Below, piece by piece: positions 1-8,280 of a DNA stretch of 64,000 bases. The position numbers and the translations under genes were made by a program. Under the pieces are notes generated by a model. That model saw only the letters and a list, made by a program, of their open reading frames with translations, made no database searches and was not told where the DNA came from. Position 1 is the first letter of the stretch. Every line of letters begins with the position of its first letter. The stretch spans positions 21,286-85,285 of the forward strand of contig JAUWCL010000006.1 in assembly GCA_030609325.1 (NCBI GenBank). Direction: 5' to 3'. The stretch is from Candidatus Krumholzibacteriota bacterium. GTDB taxonomy: Bacteria > Krumholzibacteriota > Krumholzibacteriia > Krumholzibacteriales > Krumholzibacteriaceae.

Positions 1-341
1 AGCGGCTTCGTCCCTGCCATGTGGTCGATTACCTCGTCTATCGTCACGGAACGGTAGGCGTTCGCCTGGAGGTATTCCAGGTGCTTCTCGAATGTGCCGG
101 CCGATATTGTCCATTCCTCGAGGGGAGGGAGCAGCGGGAGGTTCAGCAGTACGGCTCCGATCGCCCGTAGGGCTCGGCCGGGCGTGGCTCCCTCGCTGAA
201 GTAGTGATAGGTGATTATCGGAACACCGTCACGCGCGGCATCGAAATCTGGAACCGGATCGCCGTAGCTCTCCCCGCAGCCGCTCGAGAGCGACAGCCCT
301 GCGATCGAGACGAAGAGACAGAGCAACAGCCTCTTCTTCAT
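1..341 (-). CDS. polysaccharide deacetylase-family lipoprotein (PgaB-like), N-terminal part only; gene runs off the window start
   Basis: Absent from the ORF track because there is no stop in the window. The reverse-strand ATG at 339-341 gives MKKRLLLCLFVSIAGLSLSSGC (lipobox). It continues IITYHYF...TFEKHLEYLQANAYRSVTIDEVIDHM, a typical start of NodB-type deacetylases. It lies 24 nt downstream of the porin gene. Confidence 0.55.
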   Translation of the reverse strand, partial: MKKRLLLCLFVSIAGLSLSSGCGESYGDPVPDFDAARDGVPIITYHYFSEGATPGRALRAIGAVLLNLPLLPPLEEWTISAGTFEKHLEYLQANAYRSVTIDEVIDHMAGTKP

Positions 342-365
342 GGCATATCCGGTTTTCATGAATTG

Positions 366-1991
366 TCACAACCTCAAGACGAGGAAAAGCTGTCCCAGCG
401 TCCTGCCGTATCCCGCTTCTCCCGCGAGGCTGGAATTGGATGTGAAGAACTCGCCGCCCCATGTCACCCGCTCGTGCGCATTGTGTTCCGCCGCCGCTCT
501 GAAGGAACCAACGGTGAAGAAATCCCCGCCTCCCTCCTTCTCTTCCGACACGCGGCCCTCGACGGTGAAGGTAAGCTTTCCCTTCACCCTGTACCGTATC
601 TTCGCGGCCAGTCCGATGTTGTGGTACTCCTCCGGGCTGTAGTACCCGTTGTCTTCCCAGCGGGTGAAGGAGAAGCCCATATAGCCCGGCACGAGCGACA
701 GCTCTACAGGCTTCTTCACAGCGAGCCATGAAAGGCTCGTTCCCCAGAGCGTGCGGTGATTGCCGTCCGAGTATCTTCTGAGATCGAAGAGTCCGCTCAC
801 GAGGAATCTGTCATTCGCGCGCACACCGACACCGAGGTTGCCGCCCTTTGCCGTAATACCGCGCATGACCGAAAGCGGGACCTCGACGAGCTGACGGAAG
901 GCGCCGAGATCGAACCTGAGGCGCCAGTTCGGCGTCAAGGTGAGCCAGGTATCGAATGTGAAAGGATCGAAGTAGTCCGTTCTCTGGGGCCTGAGATCGA
1001 GGTTGATCGAGACATCCTCGTTGAATCGTTTGTAGAACCTTAAGGAGACGCTCTTGACTACGATATGGGGAAAGTCATCCTGCCGCATCGAGAGTCTGCC
1101 GGCGAAGATCCCGATCGAAGTCAGATCGTCGATGTAATAGGTCGCTCCAGTCTCGAAACGGTGCATGACCAGCTCGTCCGAGTCCTGCGAGATGCCGTAA
1201 TCGAACCGTAGATTAGATGCCGATCCCCGGTCGATTCCCGCGAGAAGCTTCTGCGTCTCGGCATCGCTCTCTAATCCCTCGAACAGGTCGCGGGCCCTGT
1301 CGTTGCGCCCGAGCCACGCCTCCGCCCGGGCAAGTCCCAGGACCGCGTCACGATTGCCGGGGTGATCCGTAAGGATATTCGTGTAATGCTCTCTCGCCTC
1401 CCGGTGTCGACCCTGCCAGTTGACCACTTGCGCGAGCCCGAGTCTGGCTTCGAAGTTTTCCGGCTCGGAATCCAGAACCTTCCGGTAGAGCCGTTCGGCT
1501 TCGCTGTTCCTGTCCATCCAGGAGACGACACGAGCCTCGCCGACACTGGCCTCGAGAGACTTCGGATACCTGCTCTGCACGCTTCTGTAGTATTCGAGCG
1601 ATTCCTCGTGGCGGTCGGCCCATGAGAGAGCAAGGGCGTAGCCGAGAAGCCCCTCGGAATCCTCCGGATGATGAGCGATATAAGCTTCGAAATAGGGGAG
1701 CGCTTCGCCGGGCCTGTCGGCCCAGGTGTACTGAAAGCCGATCTCCTTGCCGAGACGGGGAACGAGCGAGGAGTCCAGGGCGCACGCCTTCTCGAATAGC
1801 GCTATCGCCTCGGAATGGCGGTCGGCCGCGGCGGCTTCACGGGCCTTGTAGATCAACTCGTCGGTATCCGCGCTTGCCGCAGGCGGGCCGCACGCAGCGG
1901 GTGAAGCTGATCCGGACGCGGCCGAGCTTCGAACCGGAAACAGTACGGCCATCAGCAGTATCAATATCGGTATCAGTTTCTTCAGCTTCAT
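366..1991 (-). CDS. TPR-repeat plus C-terminal beta-barrel outer-membrane polysaccharide export protein (PgaA/BcsC-like)
   Basis: 541-aa ORF with signal peptide MKLKKLIPILILLMAVLFPVRSSA. The N-terminal half has TPR-like helices (AIALFEKACALD, ALPYFEAYIAHHPED, AERLYRKVLDSEPEN, REHYTNILTDHPGN). The C-terminal ~300 aa has an alternating beta-strand pattern. It is flanked by the GT2 synthase and deacetylase genes. Confidence 0.6.
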   Translation of the reverse strand: MKLKKLIPILILLMAVLFPVRSSAASGSASPAACGPPAASADTDELIYKAREAAAADRHSEAIALFEKACALDSSLVPRLGKEIGFQYTWADRPGEALPYFEAYIAHHPEDSEGLLGYALALSWADRHEESLEYYRSVQSRYPKSLEASVGEARVVSWMDRNSEAERLYRKVLDSEPENFEARLGLAQVVNWQGRHREAREHYTNILTDHPGNRDAVLGLARAEAWLGRNDRARDLFEGLESDAETQKLLAGIDRGSASNLRFDYGISQDSDELVMHRFETGATYYIDDLTSIGIFAGRLSMRQDDFPHIVVKSVSLRFYKRFNEDVSINLDLRPQRTDYFDPFTFDTWLTLTPNWRLRFDLGAFRQLVEVPLSVMRGITAKGGNLGVGVRANDRFLVSGLFDLRRYSDGNHRTLWGTSLSWLAVKKPVELSLVPGYMGFSFTRWEDNGYYSPEEYHNIGLAAKIRYRVKGKLTFTVEGRVSEEKEGGGDFFTVGSFRAAAEHNAHERVTWGGEFFTSNSSLAGEAGYGRTLGQLFLVLRL

Positions 1992-2029
1992 GATTCGGTA
2001 ATATTCCTATTCATGGTCGTTCTCGATTG

Positions 2030-3289
2030 TCACTCCCTGACAGGCTGCCAACGGGTCAGCCGTCCGGCGAGAGGATTTCTCATCAGGCCCCTGGGCGAGT
2101 ATGTGGCCGTTACAATCGCGAGCAGTATCCAGTAGATTATCGGATAGAAGACGGCGACTCCGTAATACCAGCCGAGCCTGCGGTCATAGTGCCTGTCGAG
2201 GAGCACACCGGTGAGGAGCTGCGACAGGCAGACGGTCGATATCAGCATTCCCCACCAGTTCGGTATCGGGCTCGCTCCCACCGGAGGGTATCCAACAGAG
2301 TAGGAGATGATCCAGAGCAGCGTAAGCAGGACGAATACGTAAGCCCAGAGTATCGACAATGTCGATTCGAGCATGACGGGCCAGAGTCTCCGGTGCTTCC
2401 AGGCAAGAGCCGTCACCCCGTGCCTCCGTAAAACCTGCGAGAGGCCTAGCGTCCATCTCCGCCGCTGCTTCCAGAGCCCTGGAATGGACTGCGGCACCCT
2501 CATCCAAACGAGGGCCCGCGCCTCGTAACGCACCTCGTAGTGCCTCAGGTGCAGCTTCCAGGTAAGGTCGATGTCCTCGGTCGCCATCTCGGGACTGTAC
2601 TGCCCCACATCGATCAGGGCCGAGCGCCTGAACGCCCCGACGACCCCAGACATGGTCATTATCCTTCCCCATACGCGCTGCGCGCGTCTCTGAAGACTGA
2701 TGATCGACGTGAACTCTATCGACTGGAGCTTGCCGAGAAGGGTCTTCCTGTTGGCGACCCTTGGGTTCCCCGTGACGGCTGCCACGCGAGGGAAGCGAAA
2801 GTGGGGCACCATGTACTTGAGGATATCTGGATCGGGACTCGCGTCCGCGTCTATGATGAGCAATAACTCTCCGTTCGTGCAGGGGATCGCGTCGTTGAGC
2901 GCCATCGCCTTGCCCTCGTTCACCAGCTTACGTATGAGCCGGACTTTCCCCCGGTTTACGTAGTGAGTAACGATTTCGGCCGTACGGTCGGTCGAGGCGT
3001 CGTCCAGTACGACAACCTCGTACTCGGGATAATCGATCGAGGTCGCGGCGCTGAGTGTGTTCTCGATGTTCCGCTCCTCGTTGTAGGCCGGGATGAGAAC
3101 AGTGACGGAGGGATAGATATCGAGCTTGTAGAAAGCTCCCCCCTGTCTCCTCTCCCGCCTGAAGAAGTAGATCAGTGATGTTATGATCCACATCATGCTC
3201 GAGAAGATCGGATACCAGGCGAAGAAGATCAGGGCTATCAAATAGATCACCGAATGTTCAACCTGATCGAGTATCGTCAAGAGGTCCAT
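2030..3289 (-). CDS. processive family-2 glycosyltransferase, PgaC/IcaA-like poly-beta-1,6-GlcNAc synthase type
   Basis: 419 aa with motifs VTVLIPAYNEERNI, VVVLDDASTD, LLLIIDADA and the QxxRW motif (KQRRRWTLG). TM helices lie at the N-terminus and across the C-terminal ~120 aa. Confidence 0.85.
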   Translation of the reverse strand: MDLLTILDQVEHSVIYLIALIFFAWYPIFSSMMWIITSLIYFFRRERRQGGAFYKLDIYPSVTVLIPAYNEERNIENTLSAATSIDYPEYEVVVLDDASTDRTAEIVTHYVNRGKVRLIRKLVNEGKAMALNDAIPCTNGELLLIIDADASPDPDILKYMVPHFRFPRVAAVTGNPRVANRKTLLGKLQSIEFTSIISLQRRAQRVWGRIMTMSGVVGAFRRSALIDVGQYSPEMATEDIDLTWKLHLRHYEVRYEARALVWMRVPQSIPGLWKQRRRWTLGLSQVLRRHGVTALAWKHRRLWPVMLESTLSILWAYVFVLLTLLWIISYSVGYPPVGASPIPNWWGMLISTVCLSQLLTGVLLDRHYDRRLGWYYGVAVFYPIIYWILLAIVTATYSPRGLMRNPLAGRLTRWQPVRE

Positions 3290-3442
3290 CGCTAATCGCT
3301 CACTCGTTTATTCGATAAATATTCGAACCTGGCTGGGACAATTGCAAAAAGCAAGCCACGATAGACCTCAGCCGATGGATAAGTCCACAATATAGAGGTA
3401 TAATCATCGGAAGCATCCGAGATCAAAGGAAACCCTTCTGAG

Positions 3443-3471
3443 AAAAAGGGCGTTTGCAGGCACCCTTTTTT
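3443..3471 (-). terminator. hairpin with flanking A/T runs (bidirectional-type terminator) 25 nt downstream of the pgaD-like gene
   Basis: AAAAAGGG-cgtttgcaggca-CCCTTTTTT. Read on the minus strand, the stem is followed by a T run. Confidence 0.45.
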
Positions 3472-3495
3472 ATGCGTTGTTACAAACTCAAACGG

Positions 3496-3927
3496 TCAGC
3501 TCGACAGGTGCTCTGCCCTCTCGCCGGCCTTTGCCCGCCGGTAGATCTTTTTTCCGTCTTTGATGGTCACCTCTATCATATCGGCGCTCCTCAGAGAATC
3601 GAAATCCTCGCCTTCGATCGTATGGCCGATCTTGTCCTGATGATATGGAACTTCGGCGACCGGCCTGTTTCCGGTACGCCTGTCACTTCGGGAAATCCTC
3701 AGGTTGTGCACGATCCAGAGCGTCGTTATGATGACCACGACGGCGAGAAATATCGCCATCGCGATAAGGGAAATAATGGCTCCGGGCGACAGGCCCCGTT
3801 CGCCTACGACCCTCCAGTAGTAGGCGAAGAGGATCCAACCGACCACGGCGATAGCGATATGAAACGCAATACGCGGCGGAGATCCACCCTCCGGCTGCAA
3901 TTGCTTGTTGTTCCGTTCAGGTTTCAT
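3496..3927 (-). CDS. small two-TM membrane protein, PgaD-like
   Basis: Internal start MKPERNN chosen within ORF 3496..4098. Two hydrophobic helices (IAFHIAIAVVGWILFAYYW; AIISLIAMAIFLAVVVIITTLWIVHN) are followed by a basic stretch (NLRISRSDRR) and a soluble tail. This matches E. coli PgaD topology and size. It sits upstream of the GT2 synthase. Confidence 0.45.
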   Translation of the reverse strand: MKPERNNKQLQPEGGSPPRIAFHIAIAVVGWILFAYYWRVVGERGLSPGAIISLIAMAIFLAVVVIITTLWIVHNLRISRSDRRTGNRPVAEVPYHQDKIGHTIEGEDFDSLRSADMIEVTIKDGKKIYRRAKAGERAEHLSS

Positions 3928-4174
3928 GCTGCCCGACCTCGCGATGCTGTGGAAAACTACTGATAATCCCTGAAAATCAGTGCAAGAAGCAGACCACGAG
4001 CGGATCAGGCGGCTCGTTCTACCGTCGGAATACTTTACACATAAGGTGTCTCTCGCGGCTCCCCTGATAAATGGTCCGCAACTTTTTTTACATCCCATAT
4101 GTTGGATGTCGTTGAGAGGCCTTGTTTCTGCCTCTTGTTTCGGGAGAAAATGAGGCAGAAGGGCTTTCGTGGCT

Positions 4175-4939
4175 TTAAAGGCCCAGGACGTCCGACATCT
4201 TGTAATAACCGGCCTGCTTGCCGGCGATGAACCTTATCGCGCGCAGCGTGCCCATCGCGAACGTCCTGCGCGAATGGGCCCTGTGTGTCAGCTCGACCCT
4301 CTCGCCCTCGCCGACGAAGATGACGGTGTGTTCACCGGTGACGTCGCCGCCGCGCAGCGAGTGCATGCCGATCTCTCCGGCGGGCCTCTCGCCGACCATC
4401 CCCTGCCTGCCGTGGATCACGTTCGCCCCGGCGCGCGCCTTCAATGCCGCCTCGGCCAGCCTTACAGCGGTGCCGCTCGGGGAATCCTTCTTCCTGTTGT
4501 GGTGGATCTCGGTGATCTCGATGTCGAATCCTGGTAGGGCCCTGGCGATATCCTCGGTGACCTTGAAGAGCAGATTGACTCCGAGCGACATGTTCGGGCT
4601 GATCAGCACGGGGATGCTTCCCGAGATCTCCCTCGCTCGGGTGATCTGCTGGTGCGACAGGCCGGTCGTTCCCGATATTGCCGGCACTCCTGCCACGGAG
4701 CAGGCCTCGAGTAATGCTGAAGTCGATTCGGGCAAGGTGAAGTCGACGGCGACATCTGCGCCGGCAAGTGCCGACATCAGATCGTCGGTTGTCTCGACCC
4801 CGCAGACGGTGTTCCCGATACCTTCGTGACCGGCGATCTCGACAGCACCCGCAAGGGTGAGATCGTCTGCTGCGTCGATCTCACTGGCGATGATGCCGCC
4901 CATCCGGCCGAGGACGCCGTTGATAACTACTTTAATCAT
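4175..4939 (-). CDS. dapB: 4-hydroxy-tetrahydrodipicolinate reductase
   Basis: 254 aa. N-terminal Rossmann motif MIKVVINGVLGRMGG and the DapB signature EITEIHHNRKKDSPSGTA. Lies 9 nt after dapA. Confidence 0.9.
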   Translation of the reverse strand: MIKVVINGVLGRMGGIIASEIDAADDLTLAGAVEIAGHEGIGNTVCGVETTDDLMSALAGADVAVDFTLPESTSALLEACSVAGVPAISGTTGLSHQQITRAREISGSIPVLISPNMSLGVNLLFKVTEDIARALPGFDIEITEIHHNRKKDSPSGTAVRLAEAALKARAGANVIHGRQGMVGERPAGEIGMHSLRGGDVTGEHTVIFVGEGERVELTHRAHSRRTFAMGTLRAIRFIAGKQAGYYKMSDVLGL

Positions 4940-4948
4940 TTCGTGCCC

Positions 4949-5842
4949 CTATCCCGGCGGGTTTGTCACCTCGAGCCCGTAATCGGTCAGCGAGGCCGCG
5001 AGCTTGACGAGATTTTCCGGAAGCATCCTGACCAGCGGCAGGCGGACGTTGCCGACGCCCATGCCGAGCATATTCATCGCTTCCTTCACCGGCATCGGAT
5101 TGGTCTCGATGAACATCGACTGGCTGAGGGGGAGTATTTTATAATGCAGGGCGCGGGCCCCGGCGAGGTCCCCCTTCTCGAACGCCGATATCATCGCGAG
5201 CATGTCCTTCGGAACGATGTTCCCCACGACGCTCACCACGCCCGTTCCGCCTATCGTAAGTATCGGGAGGGTTATCGTGTCGTCTCCCGACAGGAGGTTT
5301 ATCTTCCCCCCGCACAGCATGATGATCTCGGCCATCTGCTCGACCGAGCCGCTCGCCTCCTTGACGGCGACGATGAGGTCGTGCTGCGAAAGCCTGGCGA
5401 CGGTGGCAGGCTTCATGTTCGTGCCGGTCCTGCCCGGGACGTTGTAGAGCATCAGCGGGAGCCGGCCGTCGTCGGCGAGCTTCATAAAATGCGCGTACAA
5501 CCCTTCCTGCGTCGGTTTGTTGTAGTACGGAGTCACTACCATGGCGCCGTCCGCTCCGAGCTCCTTCGCCTTCTTGATATTTTCAACCGATTTGGACGTC
5601 GAATTGGTGCCGCATCCGGCCACTACCTTGAGCTTTCCCTCCGCTTCCTCGACGACGATCTCGATGATCCTGAAGTGCTCCTGCCAGGTGTACGTGGGAT
5701 TCTCGCTGGTAGTAGCGCAGGGGACCAGTCCGTTAGTGCCAGCGTCGACATGAAACCGGACCAGCTCGCGGAGTTTCTCCTCGTTGAGGCTTCCGTCCTC
5801 CGCAAACGGTGTAACGAGAGCAATGTATAGACCATTGAGCAT
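4949..5842 (-). CDS. dapA: 4-hydroxy-tetrahydrodipicolinate synthase
   Basis: Motifs LVTPF, YNVPGRTG and VAVKEASG. Start moved to MLNGLY (ATG at 5840-5842) because AAGGAGGAGGG lies 6 nt upstream of it. Confidence 0.9.
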   Translation of the reverse strand: MLNGLYIALVTPFAEDGSLNEEKLRELVRFHVDAGTNGLVPCATTSENPTYTWQEHFRIIEIVVEEAEGKLKVVAGCGTNSTSKSVENIKKAKELGADGAMVVTPYYNKPTQEGLYAHFMKLADDGRLPLMLYNVPGRTGTNMKPATVARLSQHDLIVAVKEASGSVEQMAEIIMLCGGKINLLSGDDTITLPILTIGGTGVVSVVGNIVPKDMLAMISAFEKGDLAGARALHYKILPLSQSMFIETNPMPVKEAMNMLGMGVGNVRLPLVRMLPENLVKLAASLTDYGLEVTNPPG

Positions 5843-6001
5843 GAAACCCTCCTCCTTCATTCACAGCCCTGTCCGTGCAGTCGCGGGCGCCCGAAGGCGC
5901 CGCCGCCATGATGGGCATCACAGACTCTATTCCCACTCCATGGTCATGTCAAGGCTTACGGGGGACTTTCGGCACAAAACGGCTCCCGACGGATTTTTTT
6001 C

Positions 6002-6030
6002 TTGACGATAGTTTAATATTATAATATTAT
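6002..6030 (+). promoter_or_regulatory. sigma70-like promoter for arsR-trxA, overlapping AT palindromes; would give a near-leaderless mRNA
   Basis: TTGACG (6002-6007), a 17-nt spacer, then TATTAT (6025-6030). The ATG is at 6040. The spacer and -10 region consist of overlapping palindromes TAATATTA / ATTATAAT. Confidence 0.35.
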
Positions 6031-6039
6031 AATGACGCC

Positions 6040-6378
6040 ATGAACAGAGAAAAGAAGGAAAGAAGGGGGGCGGCGGTGTCGCCGGGACCGCTCAGGGTAG
6101 ACGAGATAGAGAAGTCGGCCGAGATCCTCAAATCTCTGGCCAATCCAGCGAGGCTTCTGATCGTCAACATCCTGGTCGGCGGCGAGAGGACCGTTTCCCG
6201 GCTCTGCGAACTTTCGGGCCTGAAGCAGTCAATGGTATCTCAGCAGTTGAAGAATCTCAGGCTGAACGATATTGTAGAGCGGAGAAAAGAGGGTTCGAGG
6301 GTCTATTACAGGCTCAAGGAAAAGAACGTGGTCAATATGCTGAAATGCCTCGGCAAATGCGGGGGTTCCCGCGGCTGA
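6040..6378 (+). CDS. ArsR/SmtB-family transcriptional regulator
   Basis: 112 aa with the winged-HTH core LKSLANPARLLIVNILVGGERTVSRLCELSGLKQSMVSQQLKNLRLNDIVERRKEGSRVYYRL. There is no ELCVCD metal site. Cys residues lie in RLCEL and in a C-terminal CLGKC. Confidence 0.85.
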   Translation: MNREKKERRGAAVSPGPLRVDEIEKSAEILKSLANPARLLIVNILVGGERTVSRLCELSGLKQSMVSQQLKNLRLNDIVERRKEGSRVYYRLKEKNVVNMLKCLGKCGGSRG

Positions 6379-6393
6379 CGGCAAGGAGGGAAA

Positions 6394-6720
6394 ATGAGCG
6401 ACAACGTACTTCATGTAAGCGAAGATGAATTCCAGGCACAGGTGCTCGATTCGGCCGTTCCGGTGGTCGTAGATTTCTGGGCGCCGTGGTGCGGTCCCTG
6501 TCATATGATCGCGCCGATCATCGAAGAGCTGGCCGGCGAGTACGAGGGAAAGGTCGCTTTCGCCAAGGTCAACACCGACGACGCGAGAAACGTCGCCATC
6601 AAGTACGGCATCATGGGGATCCCCACGCTCAAGATATTCAAGGGCGGCGAGGAGGTGGCCTCCATGTCGGGAGCGCTGCCTAAGGAACACCTCAAGCAGT
6701 GGATCGACGGGGCCGTATAG
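6394..6720 (+). CDS. trxA: thioredoxin
   Basis: 108 aa with active site WAPWCGPCHMIAP and a typical length and C-terminal half (GIPTLKIFKGGE). Confidence 0.92.
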   Translation: MSDNVLHVSEDEFQAQVLDSAVPVVVDFWAPWCGPCHMIAPIIEELAGEYEGKVAFAKVNTDDARNVAIKYGIMGIPTLKIFKGGEEVASMSGALPKEHLKQWIDGAV

Positions 6721-6867
6721 CAGAGTTCAAAGTACCATAAACGAAAAGCAGGCAGACGACGGGCCGCTGGAGATGTAGTTTTTGCATCGGGCGGACCGGT
6801 TGCCATATACTCCACCTGCGCGTAACGATTATCGGAGAGAATTATCAGGAGACAAGGAGACCGGGTT

Positions 6868-8277
6868 ATGAAAGCGAACAGATGGATCATCGCCGCGGCG
6901 CTTGCCGCCGCGATCGCAGTCGGGTGTTCCCGGCAGGCCGACATCGGCGGCACGGGGCTGGTCCGTCTCGACGAAAGGGTCTATGCATGGATCGCGTCGG
7001 GGCCGTCATCGGCGGAGGGCCTCGGGGCGAACTCCGGGTTTATCGTGGGAGACGAATCGGTGCTCGTGGTCGATTCGAGATTCACGTACAACCACGCCAG
7101 GCAGCTCCTCGAGGCGATCCGCTCGGTCACCGACCTTCCCGTCAGGTATCTCGTCAATACGCACTATCATCCTGATCACGTCTGGGGGAACTCGATCTTC
7201 CGCGCCGAGGGCGCGATCATCCTCGCGAGACCGGAGACGAATATCGAGATGGAGAGGTTCAGCTCCGTCTACAGGGATTATTACAGGGACCGGAAGCCCG
7301 ACGTCTTCGAGATGATAAAGGATGTAGAGCCGGCCTTTCCCGACTCTTTCGTTGCCGACGAGCTCTGTCTCGACCTTGGCGGGATCGAGGCGGTCGTGAC
7401 GTATTTCGGCCCGTGCCACACGGCGGGAGACCTCGTGGTCGCCGTGCCCTCGAAGCGTATAGTCTTCACCGGGGGGCTGGTCAGCAACGGGTATCATCCC
7501 AACATGGGTGACCAGGGAGCCGATTTCGGGAACTGGCTCATCACGCTCGACAGGCTCGACGACACGCAGCCGAAAATCGTCGTGCCGGGGCAGGGTAGGG
7601 CCGGAGACGCCGGCATTATCGCACTCCAGAGAAGCTACATAGTCGACCTGACCGGGCTCATCGTCGACGCGATAAGAAGAGGGAAAACACTTTCCCGGTC
7701 GATACTGGAGATCAAGATCCCCGGGACCGAAGGATATCTCCAGGCGAACCTTCTCCCCTTCAACATCCAGGCGATATACCGCATGAAGGCCTTCGAAGTG
7801 GTCGCGCCGCGCGTCGAGATGGATATCCCGACCGGGTTCACCGTGAGCGACGCAGCCGGCGGGCCCGACGCCGGCATGGTCCAGTGGATCGTGCAGTCGG
7901 ACGAGGGATACTTCGAGCTCGAGCTGAGCTGGCAGCCGACGAGCATGAACGAGGTGATCCTCGAAGATATCTACGACAGGATAGCCCGTTACGCCGGCTT
8001 GCAGGAGGGGCTGTACGATATGACGGTGGAGGGCTCGAGAAAGCTGATCGTCGGCGAGGAGGCCGTCCCAGCGGCGTACGGCAGCTGGGGCTACAGGCAG
8101 GGCACGGGGACGAGGGGCGAGGGGGCCTGGCTGTGGACGATGACGCTGATGGACGGGAAGGTCTATTCGATAAGGATGCTCACCAACGCCGGGAACGACC
8201 AGAAACTCGAGGAGCAGAACATCGCGATACTCGAGCAGGTAGTCTCGACATTCCGGAGGAAGGGCAGCGGCCGGTAG
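6868..8277 (+). CDS. MBL-fold metallo-hydrolase lipoprotein with a ~170-aa C-terminal extension
   Basis: Lipobox AIAVGCS. HxHxDH motif (NTHYHPDHVWGN) and a downstream GPCHTAGD. The C-terminal third has no motif I recognise. Confidence 0.75.
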   Translation: MKANRWIIAAALAAAIAVGCSRQADIGGTGLVRLDERVYAWIASGPSSAEGLGANSGFIVGDESVLVVDSRFTYNHARQLLEAIRSVTDLPVRYLVNTHYHPDHVWGNSIFRAEGAIILARPETNIEMERFSSVYRDYYRDRKPDVFEMIKDVEPAFPDSFVADELCLDLGGIEAVVTYFGPCHTAGDLVVAVPSKRIVFTGGLVSNGYHPNMGDQGADFGNWLITLDRLDDTQPKIVVPGQGRAGDAGIIALQRSYIVDLTGLIVDAIRRGKTLSRSILEIKIPGTEGYLQANLLPFNIQAIYRMKAFEVVAPRVEMDIPTGFTVSDAAGGPDAGMVQWIVQSDEGYFELELSWQPTSMNEVILEDIYDRIARYAGLQEGLYDMTVEGSRKLIVGEEAVPAAYGSWGYRQGTGTRGEGAWLWTMTLMDGKVYSIRMLTNAGNDQKLEEQNIAILEQVVSTFRRKGSGR

Positions 8278-8280
8278 GCG

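Noticed and set aside
3928-4098. N-terminal extensions offered by the ORF track. Examples are 3496..4098, 8281..9579, 12322..12996, 18932..19330, 42812..43177, 43315..43875, 46268..49201, 49896..51464 and 53080..55314.
   Set aside because: Internal starts give proper signal peptides, lipoboxes or family-typical N-termini, and most have a Shine-Dalgarno. The extensions add non-homologous, often Arg/Cys-rich sequence or overlap the upstream gene.
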